NCBI GenBank assembly: GCA_964057225.1
Contig: OZ059900.1
Span: forward strand, 5,084,001 to 5,148,000
Source: Auanema rhodensis
Taxonomy: Eukaryota > Animalia > Nematoda
Length of the DNA: 64,000 nucleotides
Direction of reading: 5' to 3'
This document shows positions 1 through 11,900 of the stretch, one piece after another; the stretch's first letter is position 1; each line of letters begins with the position of its first letter. The notes under the pieces are model-generated. The model had not been told where the DNA came from. It ran no database searches and worked only from the letters and a program-made list of their open reading frames with translations. A program made the position numbers and the translations under genes.

Positions 1-190
1 ATTCAATCAAGTTTAAAAAAAAATTTTTTTTCAATTCAGATGTTGACACTCTTTGAAAATGTGTAATAAATGTTTTGAGAGTATCGTGAAAACAAGTTGG
101 AAAAAAACTTTTTTTTGGACTTGGAAATTTTTTTTGGACTGTGAGCCATTCGCATGGCTTAATCCTTGAGGAAAGCTACAGCGCTGACAG
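1..190 (+). repeat. Representative long monomer (190 bp)
   Basis: Layout: attcaatcaagttt-A9T8-caattcagatg...caagttgg-A7CT8-ggacttggaaa-T8-ggactgtgagccattcgcatggcttaatccttgaggaaagctacagcgctgacag. The next copy starts at 191. Confidence 0.98.
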
Positions 191-203
191 ATTCAATCAA
201 GTT
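142..203 (-). pseudogene. Degenerate, internally deleted fragment of the 18S (SSU) rRNA 5' end; first full example, repeated once per monomer
   Basis: Three collinear minus-strand blocks match recalled 18S sequence. AACTTGATTGAATCTGTCAG vs general eukaryotic AACCTGGTTGATCCTGCCAG is 15/20. GCTTTCCTCAAGGATTAAGCCATGC vs GCTTGTCTCAAAGATTAAGCCATGC is 22/25. TGCGAATGGCTCA is identical to the conserved downstream motif. This is not a functional rRNA gene. Confidence 0.8.
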
Positions 204-363
204 TAAAAAAAAAATTTTTTTTTCAATTCAGATGTTGAAACTCTTTAAAAATGTGTAATAAATGTTTTGAGAGTATCGTGAAAACAAGTTGGAAAAAAAT
301 TTTTTTTTGGACTGTGAGTCATTCGCATGGCTTAATCCTTGAGGAAAGCTACAGCGCTGACAG
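191..363 (+). repeat. Representative short monomer (173 bp), lacking the 19-bp ggacttggaaatttttttt module
   Basis: gg-A7T9 is followed directly by ggactgtgag. The next anchor is at 364. Confidence 0.98.
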
Positions 364-2998
364 ATTCAATCAAGTTTAAAAAAAAATTTTTTTTTTCAAT
401 TCAGATGTTGAAACTCTTTAAGAATGTGTAAAAAATGCTTTGAGAGTATCGTGAAAACAAGTTGGAAAAAAATTTTTTTTTGGACTTGGAAATTTTTTTT
501 GGTCTGTGAGCCTTTCGCATGGCTTAATCCTTGAGGAAAGCTACAGCGCTGACAGATTCAATCAAGTTTAAAAAAAAAATTTTTTTTCAATTCAGATGTT
601 GAAACTCTTTAAAAATGTGTAATAAATGTTTTGAGAGTATCGTGAAAACAAGTTGGAAAAAAACTTTTTTTTGGACTTGGAAATTTTTTTTGGACTGTGA
701 GCCATTCGCATGGCTTAATCCTTGAGGAAAGCTACAGCGCTGACAGATTCAATCAAGTTTAAAAAAAAATTTTTTTTCAATTCAGATGTTGACACTCTTT
801 GAAAATGTGTAATAAATGTTTTGAGAGTATCGTGAAAACAAGTTGGAAAAAAACTTTTTTTTGGACTTGGAAATTTTTTTTGGACTGTGAGCCATTCGCA
901 TGGCTTAATCCTTGAGGAAAGCTACAGCGCTGACAGATTCAATCAAGTTTAAAAAAAAATTTTTTTTCAATTCAGATGTTGACACTCTTTGAAAATGTGT
1001 AATAAATGTTTTGAGAGTATCGTGAAAACAAGTTGGAAAAAAACTTTTTTTTGGACTTGGAAATTTTTTTTGGACTGTGAGCCATTCGCATGGCTTAATC
1101 CTTGAGGAAAGCTACAGCGCTGACAGATTCAATCAAGTTTAAAAAAAAAATTTTTTTTTCAATTCAGATGTTGAAACTCTTTAAAAATGTGTAATAAATG
1201 TTTTGAGAGTATCGTGAAAACAAGTTGGAAAAAAATTTTTTTTTGGACTGTGAGTCATTCGCATGGCTTAATCCTTGAGGAAAGCTACAGCGCTGACAGA
1301 TTCAATCAAGTTTAAAAAAAAATTTTTTTTTTCAATTCAGATGTTGAAACTCTTTAAGAATGTGTAAAAAATGTTTTGAGAGTATCGTGAAAACAAGTTG
1401 GAAAAAAACTTTTTTTTGGACATGGAAATTTTTTTTGGACTGTGAGCCATTCGCATGGCTTAATCCTTGAGGAAAGCTACAGCGCTGACAGATTCAATCA
1501 AGTTTAAAAAAAAAATTTTTTTTCAATTCAGATGTTGAAACTCTTTAAAAATGTGTAATAAATGTTTTGAGAGTATCGTGAAAACAAGTTGGAAAAAAAC
1601 TTTTTTTTGGACTTGGAAATTTTTTTTGGACTGTGAGCCATTCGCATGGCTTAATCCTTGAGGAAAGCTACAGCGCTGACAGATTCAATCAAGTTTAAAA
1701 AAAAATTTTTTTTCAATTCAGATGTTGACACTCTTTGAAAATGTGTAATAAATGTTTTGAGAGTATCGTGAAAACAAGTTGGAAAAAAACTTTTTTTTGG
1801 ACATGGAAATTTTTTTTGGACTGTGAGCCATTCGCATGGCTTAATCCTTGAGGAAAGCTACAGCGCTGACAGATTCAATCAAGTTTAAAAAAAAATTTTT
1901 TTTCAATTCAGATGTTGACACTCTTTGAAAATGTGTAATAAATGTTTTGAGAGTATCGTGAAAACAAGTTGGAAAAAAACTTTTTTTTGGACTTGGAAAT
2001 TTTTTTTGGACTGTGAGCCATTCGCATGGCTTAATCCTTGAGGAAAGCTACAGCGCTGACAGATTCAATCAAGTTTAAAAAAAAAATTTTTTTTTCAATT
2101 CAGATGTTGAAACTCTTTAAAAATGTGTAATAAATGTTTTGAGAGTATCGTGAAAACAAGTTGGAAAAAAATTTTTTTTTGGACTGTGAGTCATTCGCAT
2201 GGCTTAATCCTTGAGGAAAGCTACAGCGCTGACAGATTCAATCAAGTTTAAAAAAAAATTTTTTTTTTCAATTCAGATGTTGAAACTCTTTAAGAATGTG
2301 TAAAAAATGCTTTGAGAGTATCGTGAAAACAAGTTGGAAAAAAATTTTTTTTTGGACTTGGAAATTTTTTTTGGTCTGTGAGCCTTTCGCATGGCTTAAT
2401 CCTTGAGGAAAGCTACAGCGCTGACAGATTCAATCAAGTTTAAAAAAAAAATTTTTTTTCAATTCAGATGTTGAAACTCTTTAAAAATGTGTAATAAATG
2501 TTTTGAGAGTATCGTGAAAACAAGTTGGAAAAAAACTTTTTTTTGGACTTGGAAATTTTTTTTGGACTGTGAGCCATTCGCATGGCTTAATCCTTGAGGA
2601 GAGCTACAGCGCTGACAGATTCAATCAAGTTTAAAAAAAAATTTTTTTTCAATTCAGATGTTGACACTCTTTGAAAATGTGTAATAAATGTTTTGAGAGT
2701 ATCGTGAAAACAAGTTGGAAAAAAACTTTTTTTTGGACTTGGAAATTTTTTTTGGACTGTGAGCCATTCGCATGGCTTAATCCTTGAGGAAAGCTACAGC
2801 GCTGACAGATTCAATCAAGTTTAAAAAAAAATTTTTTTTCAATTCAGATGTTGACACTCTTTGAAAATGTGTAATAAATGTTTTGAGAGTATCGTGAAAA
2901 CAAGTTGGAAAAAAACTTTTTTTTGGACTTGGAAATTTTTTTTGGACTGTGAGCCATTCGCATGGCTTAATCCTTGAGGAAAGCTACAGCGCTGACAG
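191..2998 (+). repeat. 5-monomer higher-order repeat (936 bp, three copies) with an 1872-bp 10-mer superperiod
   Basis: Short gagtcatt monomers start at 191, 1127, 2063 and 2999. The tgcttt SNP is at 436 and 2308, and the gacatgg SNP is at ~1421 and ~3293. Confidence 0.9.
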
Positions 2999-5900
2999 AT
3001 TCAATCAAGTTTAAAAAAAAAATTTTTTTTTCAATTCAGATGTTGAAACTCTTTAAAAATGTGTAATAAATGTTTTGAGAGTATCGTGAAAACAAGTTGG
3101 AAAAAAATTTTTTTTTGGACTGTGAGTCATTCGCATGGCTTAATCCTTGAGGAAAGCTACAGCGCTGACAGATTCAATCAAGTTTAAAAAAAAATTTTTT
3201 TTTTCAATTCAGATGTTGAAACTCTTTAAGAATGTGTAAAAAATGTTTTGAGAGTATCGTGAAAACAAGTTGGAAAAAAATTTTTTTTTGGACATGGAAA
3301 TTTTTTTTGGACTGTGAGCCATTCGCATGGCTTAATCCTTGAGGAAAGCTACAGCGCTGACAGATTCAATCAAGTTTAAAAAAAAATTTTTTTTCAATCC
3401 AGATGTTGACACTCTTTGAAAATGTGTAATAAATGTTTTGAGAGTATCGTGAAAACAAGTTGGAAAAAAACTTTTTTTTGGACATGGAAATTTTTTTTGG
3501 ACTGTGAGCCATTCGCATGGCTTAATCCTTGAGGAAAGCTACAGCGCTGACAGATTCAATCAAGTTTAAAAAAAAATTTTTTTTCAATTCAGATGTTGAC
3601 ACTCTTTGAAAATGTGTAATAAATGTTTTGAGAGTATCGTGAAAACAAGTTGGAAAAAAACTTTTTTTTGGACTTGGAAATTTTTTTTGGACTGTGAGCC
3701 ATTCGCATGGCTTAATCCTTGAGGAAAGCTACAGCGCTGACAGATTCAATCAAGTTTAAAAAAAAAATTTTTTTTTCAATTCAGATGTTGAAACTCTTTA
3801 AAAATGTGTAATAAATGTTTTGAGAGTATCGTGAAAACAAGTTGGAAAAAAATTTTTTTTTGGACTGTGAGTCATTCGCATGGCTTAATCCTTGAGGAAA
3901 GCTACAGCGCTGACAGATTCAATCAAGTTTAAAAAAAAATTTTTTTTTTCAATTCAGATGTTGAAACTCTTTAAGAATGTGTAAAAAATGTTTTGAGAGT
4001 ATCGTGAAAACAAGTTGGAAAAAAATTTTTTTTTGGACTTGGAAATTTTTTTTGGTCTGTGAGCCTTTCGCATGACTTAATCCTTGAGGAAAGCTACAGC
4101 GCTGACAGATTCAATCAAGTTTAAAAAAAAAATTTTTTTTCAATTCAGATGTTGAAACTCTTTAAAAATGTGTAATAAATGTTTTGAGAGTATCGTGAAA
4201 ACAAGTTGGAAAAAAACTTTTTTTTGGACTTGGAAATTTTTTTTGGACTGTGAGCCATTCGCATGGCTTAATCCTTGAGGAAAGCTACAGCGCTGACAGA
4301 TTCAATCAAGTTTAAAAAAAAATTTTTTTTCAATTCAGATGTTGACACTCTTTGAAAATGTGTAATAAATGTTTTGAGAGTATCGTGAAAACAAGTTGGA
4401 AAAAAACTTTTTTTTGGACTTGGAAATTTTTTTTGGACTGTGAGCCATTCGCATGGCTTAATCCTTGAGGAAAGCTACAGCGCTGACAGATTCAATAAAG
4501 TTTAAAAAAAAAATTTTTTTTTTCAATCCAGATGTTGAAACTCTTTAAAAATGTGTAATAAATGTTTTGAGAGTATCGTGAAAACAAGTTGGAAAAAAAT
4601 TTTTTTTTGGACTTGGAAATTTTTTTTGGACTGTGAGCCATTCGCATGGCTTAATCCTTGAGGAAAGCTACAGCGCTGACAGATTCAATCAAGTTTAAAA
4701 AAAAATTTTTTTTCAATTCAGATGTTGACACTCTTTGAAAATGTGTAATAAATGTTTTGAGAGTATCGTGAAAACAAGTTGGAAAAAAACTTTTTTTTGG
4801 ACTTGGAAATTTTTTTTGGACTGTGAGCCATTCGCATGGCTTAATCCTTGAGGAAAGCTACAGCGCTGACAGATTCAATAAAGTTTAAAAAAAAAATTTT
4901 TTTTTTCAATCCAGATGTTGAAACTCTTTAAAAATGTGTAATAAATGTTTTGAGAGTATCGTGAAAACAAGTTGGAAAAAAATTTTTTTTTGGACTTGGA
5001 AATTTTTTTTGGACTGTGAGCCATTCGCATGGCTTAATCCTTGAGGAAAGCTACAGCGCTGACAGATTCAATCAAGTTTAAAAAAAAAATTTTTTTTTCA
5101 ATTCAGATGTTGAAACTCTTTAAAAATGTGTAATAAATGTTTTGAGAGTATCGTGAAAACAAGTTGGAAAAAAATTTTTTTTTGGACTTGGAAATTTTTT
5201 TTGGACTGTGAGCCATTCGCATGGCTTAATCCTTGAGGAAAGCTACAGCGCTGACAGATTCAATCAAGTTTAAAAAAAAAATTTTTTTTCAATTCAGATG
5301 TTGACACTCTTTGAAAATGTGTAATAAATGTTTTGAGAGTATCGTGAAAACAAGTTGGAAAAAAACTTTTTTTTGGACTTGGAAATTTTTTTTGGACTGT
5401 GAGCCATTCGCATGGCTTAATCCTTGAGGAAAGCTACAGCGCTGACAGATTCAATCAAGTTTAAAAAAAAAATTTTTTTTTCAATTCAGATGTTGAAACT
5501 CTTTAAAAATGTGTAATAAATGTTTTGAGAGTATCGTGAAAACAAGTTGGAAAAAAATTTTTTTTTGGACTGTGAGTCATTCGCATGGCTTAATCCTTGA
5601 GGAAAGCTACAGCGCTGACAGATTCAATCAAGTTTAAAAAAAAATTTTTTTTTTCAATTCAGATGTTGAAACTCTTTAAGAATGTGTAAAAAATGTTTTG
5701 AGAGTATCGTGAAAACAAGTTGGAAAAAAACTTTTTTTTGGACATGGAAATTTTTTTTGGACTGTGAGCCATTCGCATGGCTTAATCCTTGAGGAAAGCT
5801 ACAGCGCTGACAGATTCAATCAAGTTTAAAAAAAAAAATTTTTTTTCAATTCAGATGTTGAAACTCTTTAAAAATGTGTAATAAATGTTTTGAGAGTATC

Positions 5901-8900
5901 GTGAAAACAAGTTGGAAAAAAATTTTTTTTTGGACTGTGAGTCATTCGCATGGCTTAATCCTTGAGGAAAGCTACAGCGCTGACAGATTCAATCAAGTTT
6001 AAAAAAAAATTTTTTTTCAATTCAGATGTTGACACTCTTTGAAAATGTGTAATAAATGTTTTGAGAGTATCGTGAAAACAAGTTGGAAAAAAACTTTTTT
6101 TTGGACATGGAAATTTTTTTTGGACTGTGAGCCATTCGCATGGCTTAATCCTTGAGGAAAGCTACAGCGCTGACAGATTCAATCAAGTTTAAAAAAAAAT
6201 TTTTTTTCAATTCAGATGTTGACACTCTTTGAAAATGTGTAATAAATGTTTTGAGAGTATCGTGAAAACAAGTTGGAAAAAAACTTTTTTTTGGACTTGG
6301 AAATTTTTTTTGGACTGTGAGCCATTCGCATGGCTTAATCCTTGAGGAAAGCTACAGCGCTGACAGATTCAATCAAGTTTAAAAAAAAAATTTTTTTTTC
6401 AATTCAGATGTTGAAACTCTTTAAAAATGTGTAATAAATGTTTTGAGAGTATCGTGAAAACAAGTTGGAAAAAAATTTTTTTTTGGACTGTGAGTCATTC
6501 GCATGGCTTAATCCTTGAGGAAAGCTACAGCGCTGACAGATTCAATCAAGTTTAAAAAAAAATTTTTTTTTTCAATTCAGATGTTGAAACTCTTTAAGAA
6601 TGTGTAAAAAATGTTTTGAGAGTATCGTGAAAACAAGTTGGAAAAAAATTTTTTTTTGGACTTGGAAATTTTTTTTGGTCTGTGAGCCTTTCGCATGGCT
6701 TAATCCTTGAGGAAAGCTACAGCGCTGACAGATTCAATCAAGTTTAAAAAAAAAATTTTTTTTCAATTCAGATGTTGAAACTCTTTAAAAATGTGTAATA
6801 AATGTTTTGAGAGTTTCGTGAAAACAAGTTGGAAAAAAACTTTTTTTTGGACTGTGAGCCATTCGCATGGCTTAATCCTTGAGGAAAGCTACAGCGCTGA
6901 CAGATTCAATCAAGTTTAAAAAAAAATTTTTTTTCAATTCAGATGTTGACACTCTTTGAAAATGTGTAATAAATGTTTTGAGAGTATCGTGAAAACAAGT
7001 TGGAAAAAAACTTTTTTTTGGACTTGGAAATTTTTTTTGGACTGTGAGCCATTCGCATGGCTTAATCCTTGAGGAAAGCTACAGCGCTGACAGATTCAAT
7101 CAAGTTTAAAAAAAAAATTTTTTTCAATTCAGATGTTGACACTCTTTGAAAATGTGTAATAAATGTTTTGAGAGTATCGTGAAAACAAGTTGGAAAAAAA
7201 CTTTTTTTTGGACTTGGAAATTTTTTTTGGACTGTGAGCCATTCGCATGGCTTAATCCTTGAGGAAAGCTACAGCGCTGACAGATTCAATCAAGTTTAAA
7301 AAAAAAATTTTTTTTTCAATTCAGATGTTGAAACTCTTTAAAAATGTGTAATAAATGTTTTGAGAGTATCGTGAAAACAAGTTGGAAAAAAATTTTTTTT
7401 TGGACTGTGAGTCATTCGCATGGCTTAATCCTTGAGGAAAGCTACAGCGCTGACAGATTCAATCAAGTTTAAAAAAAAAAATTTTTTTTTCAATTCAGAT
7501 GTTGAAACTCTTTAAAAATGTGTCATAAATGTTTTGAGAGTATCGTGAAAACAAGTTGGAAAAAAATTTTTTTTTGGACTTGGAAATTTTTTTTGGTCTG
7601 TGAGCCTTTCGCATGGCTTAATCCTTGAGGAAAGCTACAGCGCTGACAGATTCAATCAAGTTTAAAAAAAAAATTTTTTTTCAATTCAGATGTTGAAACT
7701 CTTTAAAAATGTGTAATAAATGTTTTGAGAGTATCGTGAAAACAAGTTGGAAAAAAACTTTTTTTTGGACTTGGAAATTTTTTTTGGACTGTGAGCCATT
7801 CGCATGGCTTAATCCTTGAGGAAAGCTACAGCGCTGACAGATTCAATCAAGTTTAAAAAAAAAAAATTTTTTTCAATTCAGATGTTGAAACTCTTTAAAA
7901 ATGTGTAATAAATGTTTTGAGAGTATCGTGAAAACAAGTTGGAAAAAAATTTTTTTTTGGACTGTGAGTCATTCGCATGGCTTAATCCTTGAGGAAAGCT
8001 ACAGCGCTGACAGATTCAATCAAGTTTAAAAAAAAATTTTTTTTTTCAATTCAGATGTTGAAACTCTTTAAGAATGTGTAAAAAATGTTTTGAGAGTATC
8101 GTGAAAACAAGTTGGAAAAAAATTTTTTTTTGGACTTGGAAATTTTTTTTGGACTGTGAGCCATTCGCATGGCTTAATCCTTGAGGAAAGCTACAGCGCT
8201 GACAGATTCAATCAAGTTTAAAAAAAAATTTTTTTTCAATTCAGATGTTGACACTCTTTGAAAATGTGTAATAAATGTTTTGAGAGTATCGTGAAAACAA
8301 GTTGGAAAAAAACTTTTTTTTGGACATGGAAATTTTTTTTGGACTGTGAGCCATTCGCATGGCTTAATCCTTGAGGAAAGCTACAGCGCTGACAGATTCA
8401 ATCAAGTTTAAAAAAAAATTTTTTTTCAATTCAGATGTTGACACTCTTTGAAAATGTGTAATAAATGTTTTGAGAGTATCGTGAAAACAAGTTGGAAAAA
8501 AACTTTTTTTTGGACTTGGAAATTTTTTTTGGACTGTGAGCCATTCGCATGGCTTAATCCTTGAGGAAAGCTACAGCGCTGACAGATTCAATCAAGTTTA
8601 AAAAAAAAATTTTTTTTTCAATTCAGATGTTGAAACTCTTTAAAAATGTGTAATAAATGTTTTGAGAGTATCGTGAAAACAAGTTGGAAAAAAATTTTTT
8701 TTTGGACTGTGAGTCATTCGCATGGCTTAATCCTTGAGGAAAGCTACAGCGCTGACAGATTCAATCAAGTTTAAAAAAAAATTTTTTTTTTCAATTCAGA
8801 TGTTGAAACTCTTTAAGAATGTGTAAAAAATGTTTTGAGAGTATCGTGAAAACAAGTTGGAAAAAAATTTTTTTTTGGACTTGGAAATTTTTTTTGGTCT

Positions 8901-11900
8901 GTGAGCCTTTCGCATGGCTTAATCCTTGAGGAAAGCTACAGCGCTGACAGATTCAATCAAGTTTAAAAAAAAAATTTTTTTTCAATTCAGATGTTGAAAC
9001 TCTTTAAAAATGTGTAATAAATGTTTTGAGAGTATCGTGAAAACAAGTTGGAAAAAAACTTTTTTTTGGACTTGGAAATTTTTTTTGGACTGTGAGCCAT
9101 TCGCATGGCTTAATCCTTGAGGAAAGCTACAGCGCTGACAGATTCAATCAAGTTTAAAAAAAAATTTTTTTTCAATTCAGATGTTGACACTCTTTGAAAA
9201 TGTGTAATAAATGTTTTGAGAGTATCGTGAAAACAAGTTGGAAAAAAACTTTTTTTTGGACTTGGAAATTTTTTTTGGACTGTGAGCCATTCGCATGGCT
9301 TAATCCTTGAGGAAAGCTACAGCGCTGACAGATTCAATCAAGTTTAAAAAAAAAATTTTTTTCAATTCAGATGTTGACACTCTTTGAAAATGTGTAATAA
9401 ATGTTTTGAGAGTATCGTGAAAACAAGTTGGAAAAAAACTTTTTTTTGGACTTGGAAATTTTTTTTGGACTGTGAGCCATTCGCATGGCTTAATCCTTGA
9501 GGAAAGCTACAGCGCTGACAGATTCAATCAAGTTTAAAAAAAAAATTTTTTTTTCAATTCAGATGTTGAAACTCTTTAAAAATGTGTAATAAATGTTTTG
9601 AGAGTATCGTGAAAACAAGTTGGAAAAAAATTTTTTTTTGGACTGTGAGTCATTCGCATGGCTTAATCCTTGAGGAAAGCTACAGCGCTGACAGATTCAA
9701 TCAAGTTTAAAAAAAAAAATTTTTTTTTCAATTCAGATGTTGAAACTCTTTAAAAATGTGTCATAAATGTTTTGAGAGTATCGTGAAAACAAGTTGGAAA
9801 AAAATTTTTTTTTGGACTTGGAAATTTTTTTTGGTCTGTGAGCCTTTCGCATGGCTCAATCCTTGAGGAAAGCTACAGCGCTGACAGATTCAATCAAGTT
9901 TAAAAAAAAAATTTTTTTTCAATTCAGATGTTGAAACTCTTTAAAAATGTGTAATAAATGTTTTGAGAGTATCGTGAAAACAAGTTGGAAAAAAACTTTT
10001 TTTTGGACTGTGAGCCATTCGCATGGCTTAATCCTTGAGGAAAGCTACAGCGCTGACAGATTCAATCAAGTTTAAAAAAAAAAAATTTTTTTCAATTCAG
10101 ATGTTGAAACTCTTTAAAAATGTGTAATAAATGTTTTGAGAGTATCGTGAAAACAAGTTGGAAAAAAATTTTTTTTTGGACTGTGAGTCATTCGCATGGC
10201 TTAATCCTTGAGGAAAGCTACAGCGCTGACAGATTCAATCAAGTTTAAAAATAAACTTTTTTTTTCAATTCAGATGTTGAAACTCTTTAAAAATGTGTAA
10301 AAAATGTTTTGAGAGTATCGTGAAAACAAGTTGGGAAAAAAATTTTTTTTTGGACTTGGAAATTTTTTTTGGTCTGTGAGCCATTCGCATGGCTTAATCG
10401 TTGAGGAAAGCTACAGCGCTGACAGATTCAATCAAGTTTAAAAAAAAAATTTTTTTTAATTCAGATGTTCACACTCTTTGAAAATGTGTAATAAATGTTT
10501 TGAGAGTATCGTGAAAACAAGTTGGAAAAAAACTTTTTTTTGGACTTGGAAATTTTTTTTGGACTGTGAGCCATTCGCATGGCTTAATCCTTGAGGAAAG
10601 CTACAGCGCTGACAGATTCAATCAAGTTTAAAAAAAAATTTTTTTTAATTCAGATGTTCACACTCTTTGAAAATGTGTAATAAATGTTTTGAGAGTATCG
10701 TGAAAACAAGTTGGAAAAAAACTTTTTTTTGGACTTGGAAATTTTTTTTGGACTGTGAGCCATTCGCATGGCTTAATCCTTGAGGAAAGCTACAGCGCTG
10801 ACAGATTCAATCAAGTTTAAAAAAAAAAATTTTTTTTCAATTCAGATGTTGAAACTCTTTAAGAATGTGTAAAAAATGTTTTGAGAGTATCGTGAAAACA
10901 AGTTGGAAAAAAATTTTTTTTTGGACTTGGAAATTTTTTTTGGTCTGTGAGCCTTTCGCATGGCTTAATCCTTGAGGAAAGCTACAGCGCTGACAGATTC
11001 AATCAAGTTTAAAAAAAAAATTTTTTTTCAATTCAGATGTTGAAACTCTTTAAAAATGTGTAATAAATGTTTTGAGAGTATCGTGAAAACAAGTTGGAAA
11101 AAAACTTTTTTTTGGACTTGGAAATTTTTTTTGGACTGTGAGCCATTCGCATGGCTTAATCCTTGAGGAAAGCTACAGCGCTGACAGATTCAATCAAGTT
11201 TAAAAAAAAATTTTTTTTCAATTCAGATATTGACACTCTTTGAAAATGTGTAATAAATGTTTTGAGAGTATCGTGAAAACAAGTTGGAAAAAAACTTTTT
11301 TTTGGACTTGGAAATTTTTTTTGGACTGTGAGCCATTCGCATGGCTTAATCCTTGAGGAAAGCTACAGCGCTGACAGATTCAATCAAGTTTAAAAAAAAA
11401 TTTTTTTTCAATTCAGATGTTGACACTCTTTGAAAATGTGTAATAAATGTTTTGAGAGTATCGTGAAAACAAGTTGGAAAAAAACTTTTTTTTGGACTTG
11501 GAAATTTTTTTTGGACTGTGAGCCATTCGCATGGCTTAATCCTTGAGGAAAGCTACAGCGCTGACAGATTCAATCAAGTTTAAAAAAAAAATTTTTTTTT
11601 CAATTCAGATGTTGAAACTCTTTAAAAATGTGTAATAAATGTTTTGAGAGTATCGTGAAAACAAGTTGGAAAAAAATTTTTTTTTGGACTGTGAGTCATT
11701 CGCATGGCTTAATCCTTGAGGAAAGCTACAGCGCTGACAGATTCAATCAAGTTTAAAAAAAAAAATTTTTTTTTCAATTCAGATGTTGAAACTCTTTAAA
11801 AATGTGTCATAAATGTTTTGAGAGTATCGTGAAAACAAGTTGGAAAAAAATTTTTTTTTGGACTTGGAAATTTTTTTTGGTCTGTGAGCCTTTCGCATGG

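Noticed and set aside
148-165. CENP-B box
   Set aside because: TTCG is present but the required A..CGGG part is absent.
139-200. Satellite-encoded hammerhead ribozyme (ctgtga-stem-ttaa; ctgacaga; gaaa)
   Set aside because: There is no intact CUGANGA...GAAA core in the right geometry on either strand, and stem variants are non-compensatory. Homology to 18S explains the segment better.
142-203. Functional rRNA gene or rDNA unit
   Set aside because: Only about 62 bp is similar, it is internally deleted, and I recognise no further 18S, 5.8S or 28S sequence.
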